Position numbers and translations under genes: made by a program. A model generated the notes under the pieces. The model was not told where the DNA came from and ran no database searches. It saw only the letters and a program-made list of their open reading frames with translations. Source: Octopus vulgaris (taxonomy: Eukaryota). From it: a stretch of 64,000 bases of DNA. Position 1 is the stretch's first letter. The number at the start of each line of letters is the position of its first letter. This document shows, piece by piece, positions 1 to 12,438 of the stretch. The stretch is taken from assembly GCA_951406725.2 (NCBI GenBank), contig OX597827.1, positions 61,504,001-61,568,000 on the forward strand, given 5' to 3'.

Positions 1-99
1 AAATTTCGGATTTACATTTCCAGCACATCTATCTATGTGTCCGCTGACCGGTATTTTGCGGTAATCAGGGTTTCTAATTTGTGATTTATGCACCGCCAT
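1..99 (-). CDS. Probable first coding exon of an unidentified gene divergent from LACTB (partial, runs off window): MAVHKSQIRNPDYRKIPVSGHIDRCAGNVNPKF...
   Basis: ATG at 99 in AGGATGGCGG context; 33 open codons to the window edge; non-repetitive sequence; promoter-like motifs immediately upstream. No homology recognised. Confidence 0.45.
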   Translation of the reverse strand, partial: MAVHKSQIRNPDYRKIPVSGHIDRCAGNVNPKF

Positions 100-144
100 C
101 CTGTTATGTAAGCTATTTTTTGTATGGCCTATATACTGCCTATT

Positions 145-192
145 GCAGCCTGCGCATGTTATGACGTAAATTAAGTTTTCTGATGCGCAGGT
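145..192. promoter_or_regulatory. Housekeeping-type promoter motifs (NRF1-like TGCGCATG, CRE-like TGACGTAA)
   Basis: TGCGCATG at 151-158 and TGACGTAA at 162-169, 50-70 nt upstream of the minus-strand ATG at 99. Confidence 0.35.
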
Positions 193-230
193 GAAGTTTG
201 TTCTAATGGTGAACTGGTGGCCTTGTTCCA

Positions 231-289
<59 letters not shown>

Positions 290-290
290 T

Positions 291-445
291 ACGACAGGCT
301 TCTTTCAGCTTCCGTCTACCAAATCCACTCACAAGGCGTTGGTCAGCCCGAGGCTATAGTAGAAGACACTTGCCCAAGGTGCCACGCAGTGGGAATGAAC
401 CCGGAACCATGTGGTTGGTAAACAAGCTACTTGCCACACAGCCAC
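291..445 (-). mobile_element. tRNA-derived CORE-like SINE (family A), head portion
   Basis: Matches many copies in the window (GGCACCTTGGGCAAGTGTCTTCTACTATAGCC on the - strand); preceded by (TA)n at 232-290. Confidence 0.8.
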
Positions 446-495
446 TGTTGGTTAATATTTACTTTAACACCCGTCCACAGTAATCATTAACCTAT

Positions 496-1072
496 ATGGA
501 AAAGACTTCCGCCCCTCGACCTCCATTTTCTCCCAAATTTGTTTATTTAAAAATTTTTTTTTTTTTTTGCCAAAAATCCCCGTTTTCGGATACGGATGTT
601 CCGGAAAATTGCCAAAAATCGGCATTGTGGAAAATTCCGCCCCCTTTCCTCCCCAACTTCTTCAATTTTGACTTTTTTTCACCAATACTAACCCTAACAC
701 TAAAATCCTAACCCTAACCCTAACTGTAAAACCCTAACCCTAACCCTAAAACTGTAACCGTAAATACAGAAACGTTTTGAAGAAAAAATTCTTTAAAAAA
801 AAATTTTACAACGATTTTTGGAAAATTCTTTCAGAATCATAATCTCCGTATTTTTCCACATATTTTGAGAAAACAAAAATTGTGAAAAAAGTTTAAAATG
901 AAGGAATGGGGGTGGGGTGGTAATGTAGAAATGTCAATTTTTGCCATTTAAAATTTTTTTTTTATTTTTGCAGATTCGTATTCCCCGTAGCCGAAGGGAG
1001 GCGGTTGCGTCGAAAAAAAAGTTTTAAAAAAGGGTGGTTTTTGGTGGGGAACGGGCGGAAGTCTTGCCCCAA
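496..1072. mobile_element. TIR-bounded non-autonomous element with internal telomere-like (TAACCC)n
   Basis: AAGACTTCCGCCC (502-514) is inverted as GGGCGGAAGTCTT (1053-1065); degenerate TAACCC repeats at ~688-760. Confidence 0.55.
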
Positions 1073-2146
1073 TGGAAACCCAATATGTCTTTTACGGGAA
1101 GTTCTCCTTTGATTTTTTTTTACTTTTTTCCCCTTGAATTCAATGTTTATATACACTCTTTAAACTCTTACACAACTACCCCAATCTGGCAACCCTTCGA
1201 AGTATACGAACCAATAAGGGAGACTATCCCGTACCTCGATCTGTTAGAATTAGTAGTCGAACCTCTTCCAATTCACTTTCTTCCATTAAGAAGAACATGT
1301 TTGGATAACATAATCTGGGTAAAACTCTCCTTATTAAGACTGGATGCTCATGGTTAGATTGTCTTGTAAATATGTCTGTTCGACTAGAGCAGGTCTGATC
1401 TGGTTTGGCTGAACAACATCAGCATCAACTACGCATCGTCACCTGGCCTGCTAGAAATAGCAGCCAAATGTCGCTTAATTACAGCCTAGTGCCCTAAAAA
1501 ATAATGGACACATCAGATAGTGTAGTTGGTGGAATATTTTGCCTTGGGGAAAAAAAACATGATGGTCACGGCTGGAACGACGATCAGGCGAGGCTGACTT
1601 GCGTACTAAACAATAACAATAACAATAATTTAATTTAACCAAACACATTTATTATTACCCGTCTGAAATATAGAAGGGTCATTAAAAAAAAAACACAGAG
1701 GACTGTCGCGCACTACCTATATTCTTCTCCCTAGCACTCTTCTCCTAAATTCATCTTACCGTGTTTCGCTCACCTACTGCTAACCTGTTGTTACTTATAT
1801 TCAAACAGTGATTGCATTGTTACTCAATTTGGTCTTTCTGAATTAAAAATATGAGTAACGGGCAAGAATTTCACCTTTTTAGATTAAGGAAATAATATTA
1901 AGAAGGACAAAAGGAAGAAGCAATCAACATTAAAACTAATGTAGCACCGTTTCAAACCGAGGCTTTTTTTTTTATCTTCAGAGTGACTCGCAGACTTGAA
2001 AATCACATTCGTTACATTGCCTTATCATTTCTACTATATTATATATCACATCGACCTTTCTGTTTGGTGAGCGAGATAATATATCTATATATAAATATTT
2101 GATTATATTTAGACGTCTCACGTAAATAAACAAGACGACATCAACA

Positions 2147-2545
2147 ATGACTGCATTGGCCAACAACCGTTTACGTTGCCTGCGATCGCTTCTTCAACGT
2201 TCGACATGGACTACGAGACAGCACGTTACCCCTCAGTTCTGCTTCAAACAGTATTCCAGTTCCTTTTTCAGGTTTCGATCGACATTCCGTGAAGAACGAT
2301 CACCACGAAACCTACAGAATATCTTCAAAAGTCTACTTCTTCGACTGGGAGCCGGCAGCGCGGCTGTTTTGCTCGTCGGTAGTTACCTGTACGACGGCGG
2401 GGGTGGCAACAGGCAAACACTATCTACTGTTGCGGAATGCCGGCAACCCCCAGAGCCACAGCGACTCGTGAAGCTACCCACAGCAGAAAAACTTACATTA
2501 GAAGAAGCTATAGTCGTAGCTAAAGACCTCGCCGAATGCAAAAAG
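2147..2545 (+). CDS. LACTB: LACTB exon 1 (mitochondrial targeting presequence plus N-terminus, 133 codons)
   Basis: Arg/Ser/Leu-rich, acid-poor N-terminus followed by hydrophobic AAVLLVGSYLY; donor AAG|GTAAAT at 2546; phase 0 matches exon 2. Confidence 0.88.
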
Positions 2546-3226
2546 GTAAATAAGCAAATTTACTGTGGATCAGTTGTTGTCTGTAGCTGTGATTTGTGTC
2601 GTTGTTAAACTCCAAATTGGCCCTGATCCAGCAGAGCTGTATCATTCCATCTGTAACCACCCAGTATCTTTTCTTTTGTGCAGGTAACTCAAGCCCACCT
2701 TAATTAACGTGCAATTTTTAACACGATAAAGTTTCATATGATCGCTATTGGATTACTATATCTAACAGAGCTACCGACCATGTAGAAGCTTCCGTTTTAG
2801 CTCCATACCAATCCTACTCGAATAGATCTACGATTATAGGCGCTCCAGTTGTGACCAACATGTCTTTGTTTCTTCAAACATAATGTCTCATGTGCTCTTC
2901 TTTTTTTTTAAAACATTAAAAGAGTGTTTTTAAGGAAGATTTCGTTAATATTTCTAGCAAGTCAAGCAATGACTCAAAGCTCACGTTATTCGTACGTTAG
3001 TAGCGATACATTTAACCCCAGATAAGCCTTGACCGAGCCGGCCTATGACCAGAAACATTTTAACGATGACCATTTAGTCCTACCCTCTTTCAGACTTGAT
3101 GTGTCCCCGACTGCATAATCCAATGTGTCCTTCCTTTTTTTCTTTCTTTTTCTTAAGATACGAACAACGGGTGGTGTACAAAAACCAATTTGTATGCATG
3201 CGTATGTTTTCACAAAGACTTAAGTG

Positions 3227-4330
3227 TGTGTGTGTGTGTATCCATACAAAACTTAATAGTGTGTATGTATGTGTGTACAAAAATGTAATAGTGTGTGTGT
3301 ATACAAAACTTAATAGTGTATATGTATGTGTGTACAAAAATGTAATAGTGTGTGTATACAAAATTTAATAGTGTATATGTATGTGTGTGTACAAAAATGT
3401 AATAGTGTGTGTGTATACAAAATTTAATAGTGTATATGTATGTGTGTGTACAAAAATGTAATAGTGTGTGTGTGTATACAAAATTTAATAGTGTATATGT
3501 ATGTGTGTGTACAAAAATGTAATAGTGTGTGTGTGTATACAAAATTTAATAGTGTGTATGTATATGTGTGTACAAAAATGTAATAGTGTGTGTGTATACA
3601 AAATTTAATAGTGTATATGTATGTGTGTGTACAAAAATGTAATAGTGTGTGTGTATGCAAAACTTAATAGTGTGTATGTATGTGTGTGTACAAAAATGTA
3701 ATAGTGTGTGTGTGTGTACAAAAATGTAATAGTGTATATGTATGTGTGTGTACAAAAATGTAATAGTGTGTGTGTGTACAAAATTTAATAGTGTATATGT
3801 ATGTGTGTGTACAAAAATGTAATAGTGTGTGTGTATACAAAACTTAATAGTGTGTATGTATGTGTGTGTACAAAAATGTAATAGTGTGTGTGTATACAAA
3901 ACTTAATAGTGTATATGTATGTGTGTGTACAAAAATGTAATAGTGTGTGTGTGTACAAAATTTAATAGTGTATATGTATGTGTGTGTACAAAAATGTAAT
4001 AGTGTGTGTGTATACAAAACTTAATAGTGTATATGTGTGTGCGTAAAATTTAATAGTGTGCATGTATGTGTGTGTACAAAAATGTAATAGTGTGTGTGTA
4101 TACAAAACTTAATAGTGTGTATGTATGTGTACAAAATTTTAATAGTCTGTGTATGAATATATTTGTGTGTGTATACAAAACTTTATAGCGTATGTGTGCG
4201 TGTGTGTGTATGTGTGTACCAAAATTTAATAGTATATGTGTTTGTGTATGAAAGCTTCAGTGTGTGTGTCTGGTGTACAAAAATTTAATAGTGTGTGTGT
4301 GTATCTGCATACAAAAACTTAATAGTGAGT
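3227..4330. repeat. Minisatellite, ~60-bp unit made of two ~30-bp subunits
   Basis: Alternating ACAAAA(C/T)TTAATAGTGT(A/G)TATGTAT(GT)n and ACAAAAATGTAATAGT(GT)n, decaying toward 4330. Confidence 0.9.
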
Positions 4331-4800
4331 ATATATGTGTGTGTATATTTGTGTACCAAAAACATAAATACATGCATGTAAGAACAGAGAAGCAAGCATG
4401 CAAAATTTTTAAAGAACAGCTCAATTTTGTATGGAAGGGGTAGTAGAAGAAGAACTTAATTTGTGTGTATCTGTGTAAAATTATTTGTAGATAAAGGAGT
4501 GTAGAGATTTTTTTTGTTAATAGTTTAAGAAATGGATCTTTACCTTTTGACCGACAGATTTTTAAAAAATGATCCTCCAAAGAAATGGTGCAATGCAAGT
4601 GTCTTTTACATGTTACCCATGTTAATTCTTCAACCACTGCAAAATAGGTCACAGCAAAACAGGTCATATTCTGTGCCTGTGTAACCCTATGGATAATATG
4701 CAATGGCATTCACTGACATGAATACCACTGTGTGTGTGTGGTATGTGTGCGTACAAAAGCTTAGTAGTTAGTGCATGTGTCAGTACAAAAATTCAGTATA

Positions 4801-4834
<34 letters not shown>

Positions 4835-4979
4835 AAATGCAAAAACTCAGCATGTAGTATGTGTGTGTTTATATGTTTGTGCAAATACAAAAATATAGTG
4901 TGTGTGTGTGTGTGTGTAAGTACAAACATTTAGTTATGCTTGTGTTTGTGTATGTATGTATGTATGTATGTAATCAACA

Positions 4980-5755
4980 TCGTCATCATCATCATCGTTT
5001 AACGTCCGCTTTCCATGCTAGCATGGGTTGGACGATTTGACTGAGGACTGGCGAACCAGATGGCTGCACCAGGCTCCAATCTGATCTGGCAGAGTTTCTA
5101 CAGCTGGATGCCCTTCCTAATGCCAACAATTCCAAGAGTGTAGTGGGTGCTTTTACGTGCCACCGGCACGAGAGCCAGTCAGGCAGTACTGGCAACGGCC
5201 ACACTCAAATGGTGCTTTTTATGTGCCACCTGCACAAGAGCCAGTCTAGCGACACTGGCAACGACCTCGCTCGAATGTTTTTTTCACGTGCCACTAGCAC
5301 AAGTGCCAGTAAGGCGACGAGAGGTAACGATCATGCTCAAATGGTGCTTTTTACATGCCACCAGCACAGAAGCCTGTTTATTGCTCTGGCAACAATCACA
5401 CTCAGATGTTTTTTCACTTGCCACCAGCACAAGTACCAGTAAGGTAACGCAGGTAACGATCATGCTCGAATGGTGCTTTTTATGTGCCACCTGCACAGGA
5501 GCCAGTCCTGCGGCAACTGGCAATGACCTCACTCAAATGTTTTTCCACATGCCATCAGTACAAGTGCCAGTAAGGTGATGCAGGTAATGATCACGCTCGA
5601 ATGGTGCTTTTTACATGCCACCAGCACAGAAGCCAGTTTTTTGCTCTTGCAACGATCACGCTCAGATGGTACTCTTAGCGCTCCACTAGCACAGATGCCA
5701 GTCATCGAATTTGATTTCGATTTCGATTTTAATTTCACTTGCCTCAACAGGTCTT
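4980..5755 (-). mobile_element. RTE-associated 3' end/SINE (family C, (GAT)n tail) with internal tandem expansions
   Basis: (CAT)n start and CTACAGCTGGATGCCCTTCCTAA core; related sequence follows the RTE ORF remnant at 58085-58850. Confidence 0.75.
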
Positions 5756-6922
5756 CAAATAGAAAAACGTACTTTGTTTATATGTGTAACTACAAGAAAA
5801 AAATAGTATTGCAGTATTTATCTTCAGATAGCATTATATGTGTGTATAATGCTATCTGAAGATAAGTATTGCAATATATATATTTTTTTAATATTTAGGG
5901 TGGAGATAAGGTAGCAAGCTAGCAGAATCATTACTGTAGCAGACAAAATGCTTAGCAGCATTTCATCCACCTTGACATTCTGAGTTCAAATTCTGCCGAG
6001 GTTGACTTTGCCATTTATCTTTTTAAAGTCACTAAAATAAGTACCAGTTGAATACTGGGGTTGATGTAATCAATTTACCCACTTCCCCTGAAATTGCAGG
6101 CCTTGTGCCAAAATTTGAAATCAGTATTTAGAGAGGTGGTGCAGTGCCCATAGCTTTTGCATTGTAACCTATAAAATTGTGGGGTCACACACACACTCAC
6201 GCATATATACATGCACTCCTGTTTCTTTACTTACTACTTAAGCCCTTCAATCCCTATGGAAAATAAGCCCTCAACAACTTGTCTCCACTATTCTCAACTC
6301 AATGCAGGGATGTTGGGTTTCTTTCAAATTTTACTGTGGCAAGCCATGTGCTTCTCTGGTGGAAAGCCTTTCTCTTCCAGGTCCTATTGGTTTTGAATTA
6401 TCATTAAACCTTGAGAATTTAAGGCAGCCATATCAGGCCAAAATACTGTACCAGTTTAATATTCATACCAGCTAGATCCAGCCTCTCACACCTAGACTAC
6501 AATGTCAGTCTAAAAATATACAGACACATCATCAAAATCTTGAAGTTAAGAGTTAAGGCATGATTATTCCAAAACAATATGAATAAATATTGTTTATAGA
6601 TGCAGGAGTGGCTGTATGGTAAGTAGCTTGCCTACCAACCACATGGTTCCAGGTTCAATCCCACTGCATGGCACCTTGGGCAAATGTCTTCTACTATAGC
6701 CTTGGGCCGACCAAAGCCTTGTGAGTGGATTTGGTAGATGGACACTGAAAGAAGCCTGTTGTATATATGTATATGTGTGTCTGTGTTTGTCCCCCCAACA
6801 TCGTCCTGGGGTCGATTTGCTCAACTAAAGGCGGTGCCCTAGCATGGCCACAGTCAAATGACTGAAACAAGTAAAAGGAATAAAAAAGAGTAATGTGAGA
6901 TATTCAGCAACAGTACTTTGTA

Positions 6923-7099
6923 GTAAAGATTGTTTGCCGACATAACATGGCAGTCCTGATCTAGGACCAATGTTGCTGTAATTTAGCCCCAGGAGATATC
7001 GTCGTATAGCCAGCTGGAGACGATGTCTCCTGGGGCTAAATTACAGCAACATTTGTCCTAGACCGGGACTGCCATGTTATGTTGGCAAACAATCTTTAC
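6923..7099. repeat. Near-perfect palindrome (~81-bp arms, 15-nt loop), probably a Penelope-like terminal fragment
   Basis: GTAAAGATTGTTTGCC...GGAGATATCGTC pairs with GACGATGTCTCC...GGCAAACAATCTTTAC; related to 18055-18140 and 23850-23910. Confidence 0.85.
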
Positions 7100-7258
7100 A
7101 TATTGCTAGGTTTGTACCACCCCCTTGAGACCCAACTACACTCTAGCTGAAAAATATAGAATACTTCATAAGTAATATAAAGGCCCTAAATTCAGTGGCG
7201 ACGTTAATAAAGATGTTACGCATTAATTCGATTTGTTAAACTTATCTTCATTAATGTA

Positions 7259-7780
7259 CCATAAATCTTCGAGTGTAGTCTGCCCTTGAGTATAATATGC
7301 AGGGGATTTTTAGGGGGCTGTACTTCTGAAAAACATAAACCTTGTGTATAATACGCACCCATTTTCTAACTTGAGTTGTGCGTAATTAAGTCAGCAGCAC
7401 CTAGTCGAACAAACACTTCCACGCATCTGTAATACAATAATGGTGATGTTTTTAACTGTTATATGGGAATGTAAATATGTTTTCAAATTGTTTTTGTTAC
7501 ATGTTATTCTGTGTTCTGAATACTTTTATTTTAATAAATGTTGCTTACTGCAAGTTATGGATGATTCTTTTATGACTTCATTGCTTTCAGGCTTAGCTTA
7601 AGGTATTTTCGCACCCGACATCACAAAATGTGTCTGAATAAACATTAGCGGACAGCAAATATAGACTCGGACATTGCTTAGAAAATATCTTTCATTTTTA
7701 ACCTCGTATATAGTATGCACTATGCATTTTGACCTTTAAATTTTGGGAAAAAAGTGCGGATTATACTCAAGGATTTACGG
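7259..7780. mobile_element. MITE, Tc1/mariner-pogo type, TA target-site duplication
   Basis: TA|CCATAAATCTTCGAGTGTAGTC ... GATTATACTCAAGGATTTACGG|TA imperfect terminal inverted repeats. Confidence 0.7.
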
Positions 7781-8289
7781 TATATCGAATTATATATGGA
7801 TATAAACAAGGTCTACACAGATATAAGAGTTAGAACTTGTGATCCACCTGCGAATCTTTTACTTTGGAAATTTTTGCCCGCTGCACTAAGAAGTTTCCCC
7901 CACCCCTGGTTTAGACAAATATATTATCAAGGCAATTTTTTACAGCTGGATAAGCGGATATTGTATTCCATACATTTGCATAGCTACAAAACCAACAGAT
8001 GGCCTGTTGACATAAGACGTCATCATCCTCATTTAACATCTACTTTCCATATTGGCATAACATCAACAACAACAACAACACTCACTGCTGAAGGATTTTT
8101 GGGGAAATACAAATGTAAACAAAAATACACACACACACACACAAACATATGTATGCATGGTATATGGACACTGAAAAAACCGCTATATGTATGTGTTTAT
8201 GTGTGTATGTGTGTGTGTATTTGTATGTCATTATTCAGTTTTATTTCAAGATTTCTTGCCAATAGAGAAAGAGCTGGTTTCTAACCTAG

Positions 8290-8640
8290 CATTGCTAGCA
8301 TCGCCTTACTGCCACTTGTGCTGGTGGTATGTGAAAAAGCATTCAAACGAGGTCATTGCCAGTGCCGCTGGACTGGCTCCTGTGCAGGTGGCACGTAAAA
8401 AAAACACTATTTGAATGTGGCCGTTGCCAGTACTGCCTGACTGGCCCTCGTGCCGGTGACACATAAAAGCACCCACTACACTCTTGGAGTGGTTGGTGTT
8501 AGGAAGGGCATCCAGCTGTAGAAACTCTGCCAGATCAAGATTGGAGCCTGGTGCAGCCATCTGGTTTGCCAGTCCTCATTCAAATCGTCCAACCCATGCT
8601 AGCATGGAAAGCGGACGTTAAACAATGATAATAATGATGT
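8290..8640 (+). mobile_element. RTE-associated 3' end/SINE (family C)
   Basis: GTTAGGAAGGGCATCCAGCTGTAGAAAC core with GAT tail; inverted relative to 4980-5755. Confidence 0.75.
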
Positions 8641-8895
8641 TAATGATCCAAAGCTCCTTCATTGGAATTTCAACAACAAACAGGGTATTTTTTTGCATGT
8701 ATGTATGTATGCGTGCAGATTTGTATGTTTTGTTTTAGGTATGTCTTCTCATGCATATACTTGCATAACTAGATAAACTGGCGTGTGTGTGTGTTTGCCC
8801 TAATTATATATCTATCTAACCTCTGCACTCTGATTTCAACCTCTATCATGATTATTAGTAGAAATATATTTGTTTTCATAATTTTCCTTTTTCAG

Positions 8896-8962
8896 GCTGA
8901 ATGTAGTGCCCCTGGCTTGGTTATTGCAGTCAGCATTGATGGTGAACTCGTCTGGAGCGAAG
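8896..8962 (+). CDS. LACTB: LACTB exon 2 (AECSAPGLVIAVSIDGELVWSEG)
   Basis: TTTCAG| acceptor and |GTATCT donor; 67 nt, phase 0/1; PG.V..VS.DG..VWSEG motif typical of LACTB. Confidence 0.93.
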
Positions 8963-9564
8963 GTATCTCATTTGAAATTATTTACTAATATTGTATTTTA
9001 TTACAAGAATTATGGGGAGGGGTTCAGTTTTAATTTTATAGGCTAGTTTATCAAATCTGAGAGAGGACAGAGGGTAGTATCAGTTTGGAGTGGGGTAAAG
9101 TAGATAGACAATTTAAGTGGCATAGTCATAAATCAAGATTTATTTGAAGCAAAGCCATAATTAAATCTAAATAACAGAAATAATCAGGGAAAAGCAGTGT
9201 CTTTTTTTTTTTTGAAAAATTTCAGTTACAACTGTGATGTTGTTGTTAAAGCATGTTCTTTGTCTATCTCCTTATCCTCTTGGAGATTTTGGATAAAATT
9301 ATACTAATGAATCCTTCGAATTTAATTAAATTCTATGTTTTTTTGTGTACCTGAAGATTGCTTTACATTTTAAATTGATATAATGTTTGCATTGTTCAAT
9401 TACATAGAATTGCATGAAACGATCGTACTGCATTACCTCTGGATATCCTCGTTGCTTATTTTGATTATAATCACCTTATTTTAAATTGTATGGATAATAC
9501 CATACTAAATTCTGGTACCTTCAACTTAAGTACCATATTCATCTAAATCTAAATTTTTATTGAA

Positions 9565-9617
<53 letters not shown>

Positions 9618-9621
<4 letters not shown>

Positions 9622-9853
9622 TGAAAATACACTTGGAGTCCTTTAGATGGTTCTTTTTTTTAAAAGCTTAACCAGTTTCACCAATTTTTCTGATTTTCAA
9701 AAGATAAGTGAGATACAGTAGAAAGACATGGGGCTATGCCTCAGCCCCACATCTTTCTCTGTCATTTAACCTTTGAAAATCAGAAATATCTGTAAAAGTG
9801 GTTAAGCCCTTAAAAACAAACCATTTAAATGACTCCCAGTGTATTTTCAACTT
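9618..9853. repeat. Imperfect long palindrome next to a (TA)n tract
   Basis: AAGTTGAAAATACACT... pairs with ...AGTGTATTTTCAACTT; central TGGGGCT/AGCCCCA stem. Confidence 0.7.
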
Positions 9854-10058
9854 CTTTTTCAGTATTTCTACTTCTACCCATGTGGAATAAAATAACTTTG
9901 TTATATACATATATATATATATATATATATGTATGTATAATTGTATTTCTATGAATGTTTTATCTCCATTGTTAACTTTTTTCTCACCTCTAATCTAATT
10001 ACATTCTTCTTTTCCTATCACATGATTATATTCATTAATTCTGATTGGCTCCTTACAG

Positions 10059-10249
10059 GGTTCGGCTATGCTGACCTGGAGAATCGAATTCCATACACGC
10101 CATCCACCGTGACCAGGATTGCCAGCATCAGTAAATCCATCACCATGGCAGCAGTAGCCAAAATGTGGGAGAACGGACTGCTTGATCTTAACAAACCAGT
10201 CCAGCACTATGTACCATCCTTCCCTGAGAAGGAAGTAGATGGGGAAAAG
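10059..10249 (+). CDS. LACTB: LACTB exon 3 containing the catalytic SxxK motif (RIASISKS)
   Basis: FGYADLENR...RIASISKSITM...YVPSFPEKEVDGEK; TTACAG| and |GTATGT; 191 nt, phase 1/0. Confidence 0.96.
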
Positions 10250-10494
10250 GTATGTTCTCAGAGATATCATTTTGTATGTAGGTGCTGGTGTGGCTGTGGG
10301 ATTAAGAAATTTGCTTCTCACTACAAGGTTTTGGGTTCAGTCCCACTACTTGACACTTTGAGCCAGTGTCTTCTTATATAGCCCTAGACCAACCAAAGTC
10401 TTGTAAGTGGGTTTTGTATATATACATGTGTTTGTGTGTGTGTTTCACACCCAATGCTATGATGGAGTCATTCCCAGAGCACTATATTTTTTGT

Positions 10495-10815
10495 TGTTTG
10501 TTGTTGTTTGTTCCTTCTCGAGCCATGCCTGGCTCATAAGGGCCAGTTTCCCGGTTTCCTTGGCATATAGGTTCCCCACCTGGATGGGATGCCAGTCTGT
10601 CACAGGTGAGCTGCAAGATGCAGGAGGAAAGAGTGAGAGAAAGTTGTGGCAAAAGACAAAAGAATCAGCAGAAGTTCGCCATTACCTTCTGCTGGAGCAG
10701 CATGGAGCTTGAGTGTTTTCACTCATAAACACACACATCGCCCGGTCTGAGACTCGAACCCACGATCCCTCGACCGCGAGTCCGCTGCTCTAACCACTAG
10801 GCCATGTGCCTCCAC
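10495..10815 (-). mobile_element. tRNA-derived SINE (family D head)
   Basis: Minus strand GGAGGCACATGGCCTAGTGGTTAG (A box) and GGTTCGAGTC (B box); AAC-type tail. Confidence 0.75.
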
Positions 10816-12317
10816 AAGCACTATATTGCAGCAAACTGACAAACAAGGAAAACACAGACACTAAAAATGTGTGGTTGAGAATGCATGTGTGTGTGTGTGT
10901 TTATGTTTGTGTGTGTGCGTGCAGTTTCCACCAGCTATTAAATTCATTTATAAGCTATTGGTTGGCCTAATGCTATAGTAGAAAGCATTTGCTAGAGGTG
11001 CCATGCAGTGGAGCCAAACCCAGAACCTTGTGGTTGCAATGTAGACTTCTTAAAGACGCAGCTGTACTGGTACATATTTTGTGTGAAAACATGGTTTAGC
11101 CCATGGCCAATCCAGATCAAGTGGATCCATGATCAAAATAATTCTAGACATGACCACTCCATCTCTTTTTTTCAGGCATAGTATATCTTGATGTACATTA
11201 TTTAATATGTCTTTATATTTATTTTTTTTCGTTGGGCCTTACTGAGGCAATGATGAAAGACTGAGTTCTCTGGAGATATACTGTGATTGTGAAGACCTGA
11301 CAAATAACATGAGTTCATGGCTGTTTCCTACACCAGTTTCGCATAGCAGCCGCAGCCTATCCAAAGTACCTTGGATCGCAGAACGACCTGCTGTGCTCAC
11401 CTTGGATCGTAGGGTGACCCACTGTACTTGAGGAGACCTATTGAGTCAAGTACATCAACATCAACATCAAAATAAATATCAAATGGAAATTGTAGTTGTG
11501 ATACCTGTGCCGGTGGCATGTAAAAAGCACCATCCGAACATGGCCAATGCCAACACCGCCTTGACTGGCTTCCATGACGGTGGCACGTAAAAAGCACTAA
11601 CCGATCGTGGCCACTGCCAACCTCCCCAGGCACTTGTACTGGTAGCACATAAAAAGCAACCACTACACTCATGGAGTGGTTAGCGTTAGGAAGGGCATCC
11701 AGCTGTAGAAACAGTGCCAGATCAGACTGGAGCCTGGTGCAGCCTCCTGGCTTACCAGACCCTGGTCAAACCGTCCAACCCATGCTAGCATGGAAAACGG
11801 ACGTTAAACAATGATGATGATTTTGAAACTGGATAGTGTATGATCTGGTAGAAAATTGGCTACTATTTTTAGTAAGTCTAGCAACCACAGAGGGTATGAG
11901 TAGACATGAGTTCGATGTATGGTGAAGTATAATTAACTTTTGTTGTTTATATTGTTAGCAGCAACAGCAGGAGCACTATTAAACTAATGTTTTGTTAATT
12001 AGCAATGCAGAATCTACCCATTTCCATCAAATATCATACTTCAGTCCTCAGGGAAAGTAGTCTCCTTCTTCTGGAAACTAGAATTGGGCATTGGACCTAC
12101 TAGCCACTTTTATAAAACTAACAACAACAACAAAGGTAATAATAATAATAATAATAATAATGATAATAATATTAATCTTTTCTACTGGAAGTACAAGACC
12201 TCAAATTTGAAGGAAGGGATTAAGTCAACCCTAATGCATAGCTGGTACTTATGTAATTGACCCCAAAAGGATGAAAGGGAAAGTTGACCTTTTCTCTTTG
12301 TGTTTTCATGTTTGGAT

Positions 12318-12373
<56 letters not shown>

Positions 12374-12438
12374 GGTCCCGGGTTGAGTCGGGGTTAACCA
12401 CAGTAAATAAGGTACTCAATACATAGCAGAGTAAATTA

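Noticed and set aside
688-760. True telomere or chromosome end
   Set aside because: Short, degenerate and internal to a TIR-bounded element between genes.
3080-3899. Numerous HTHT/YIYI/CVCV ORFs here and at 36802-37290, 54202-54760 and 62522-62923
   Set aside because: Translations of micro- and minisatellites.
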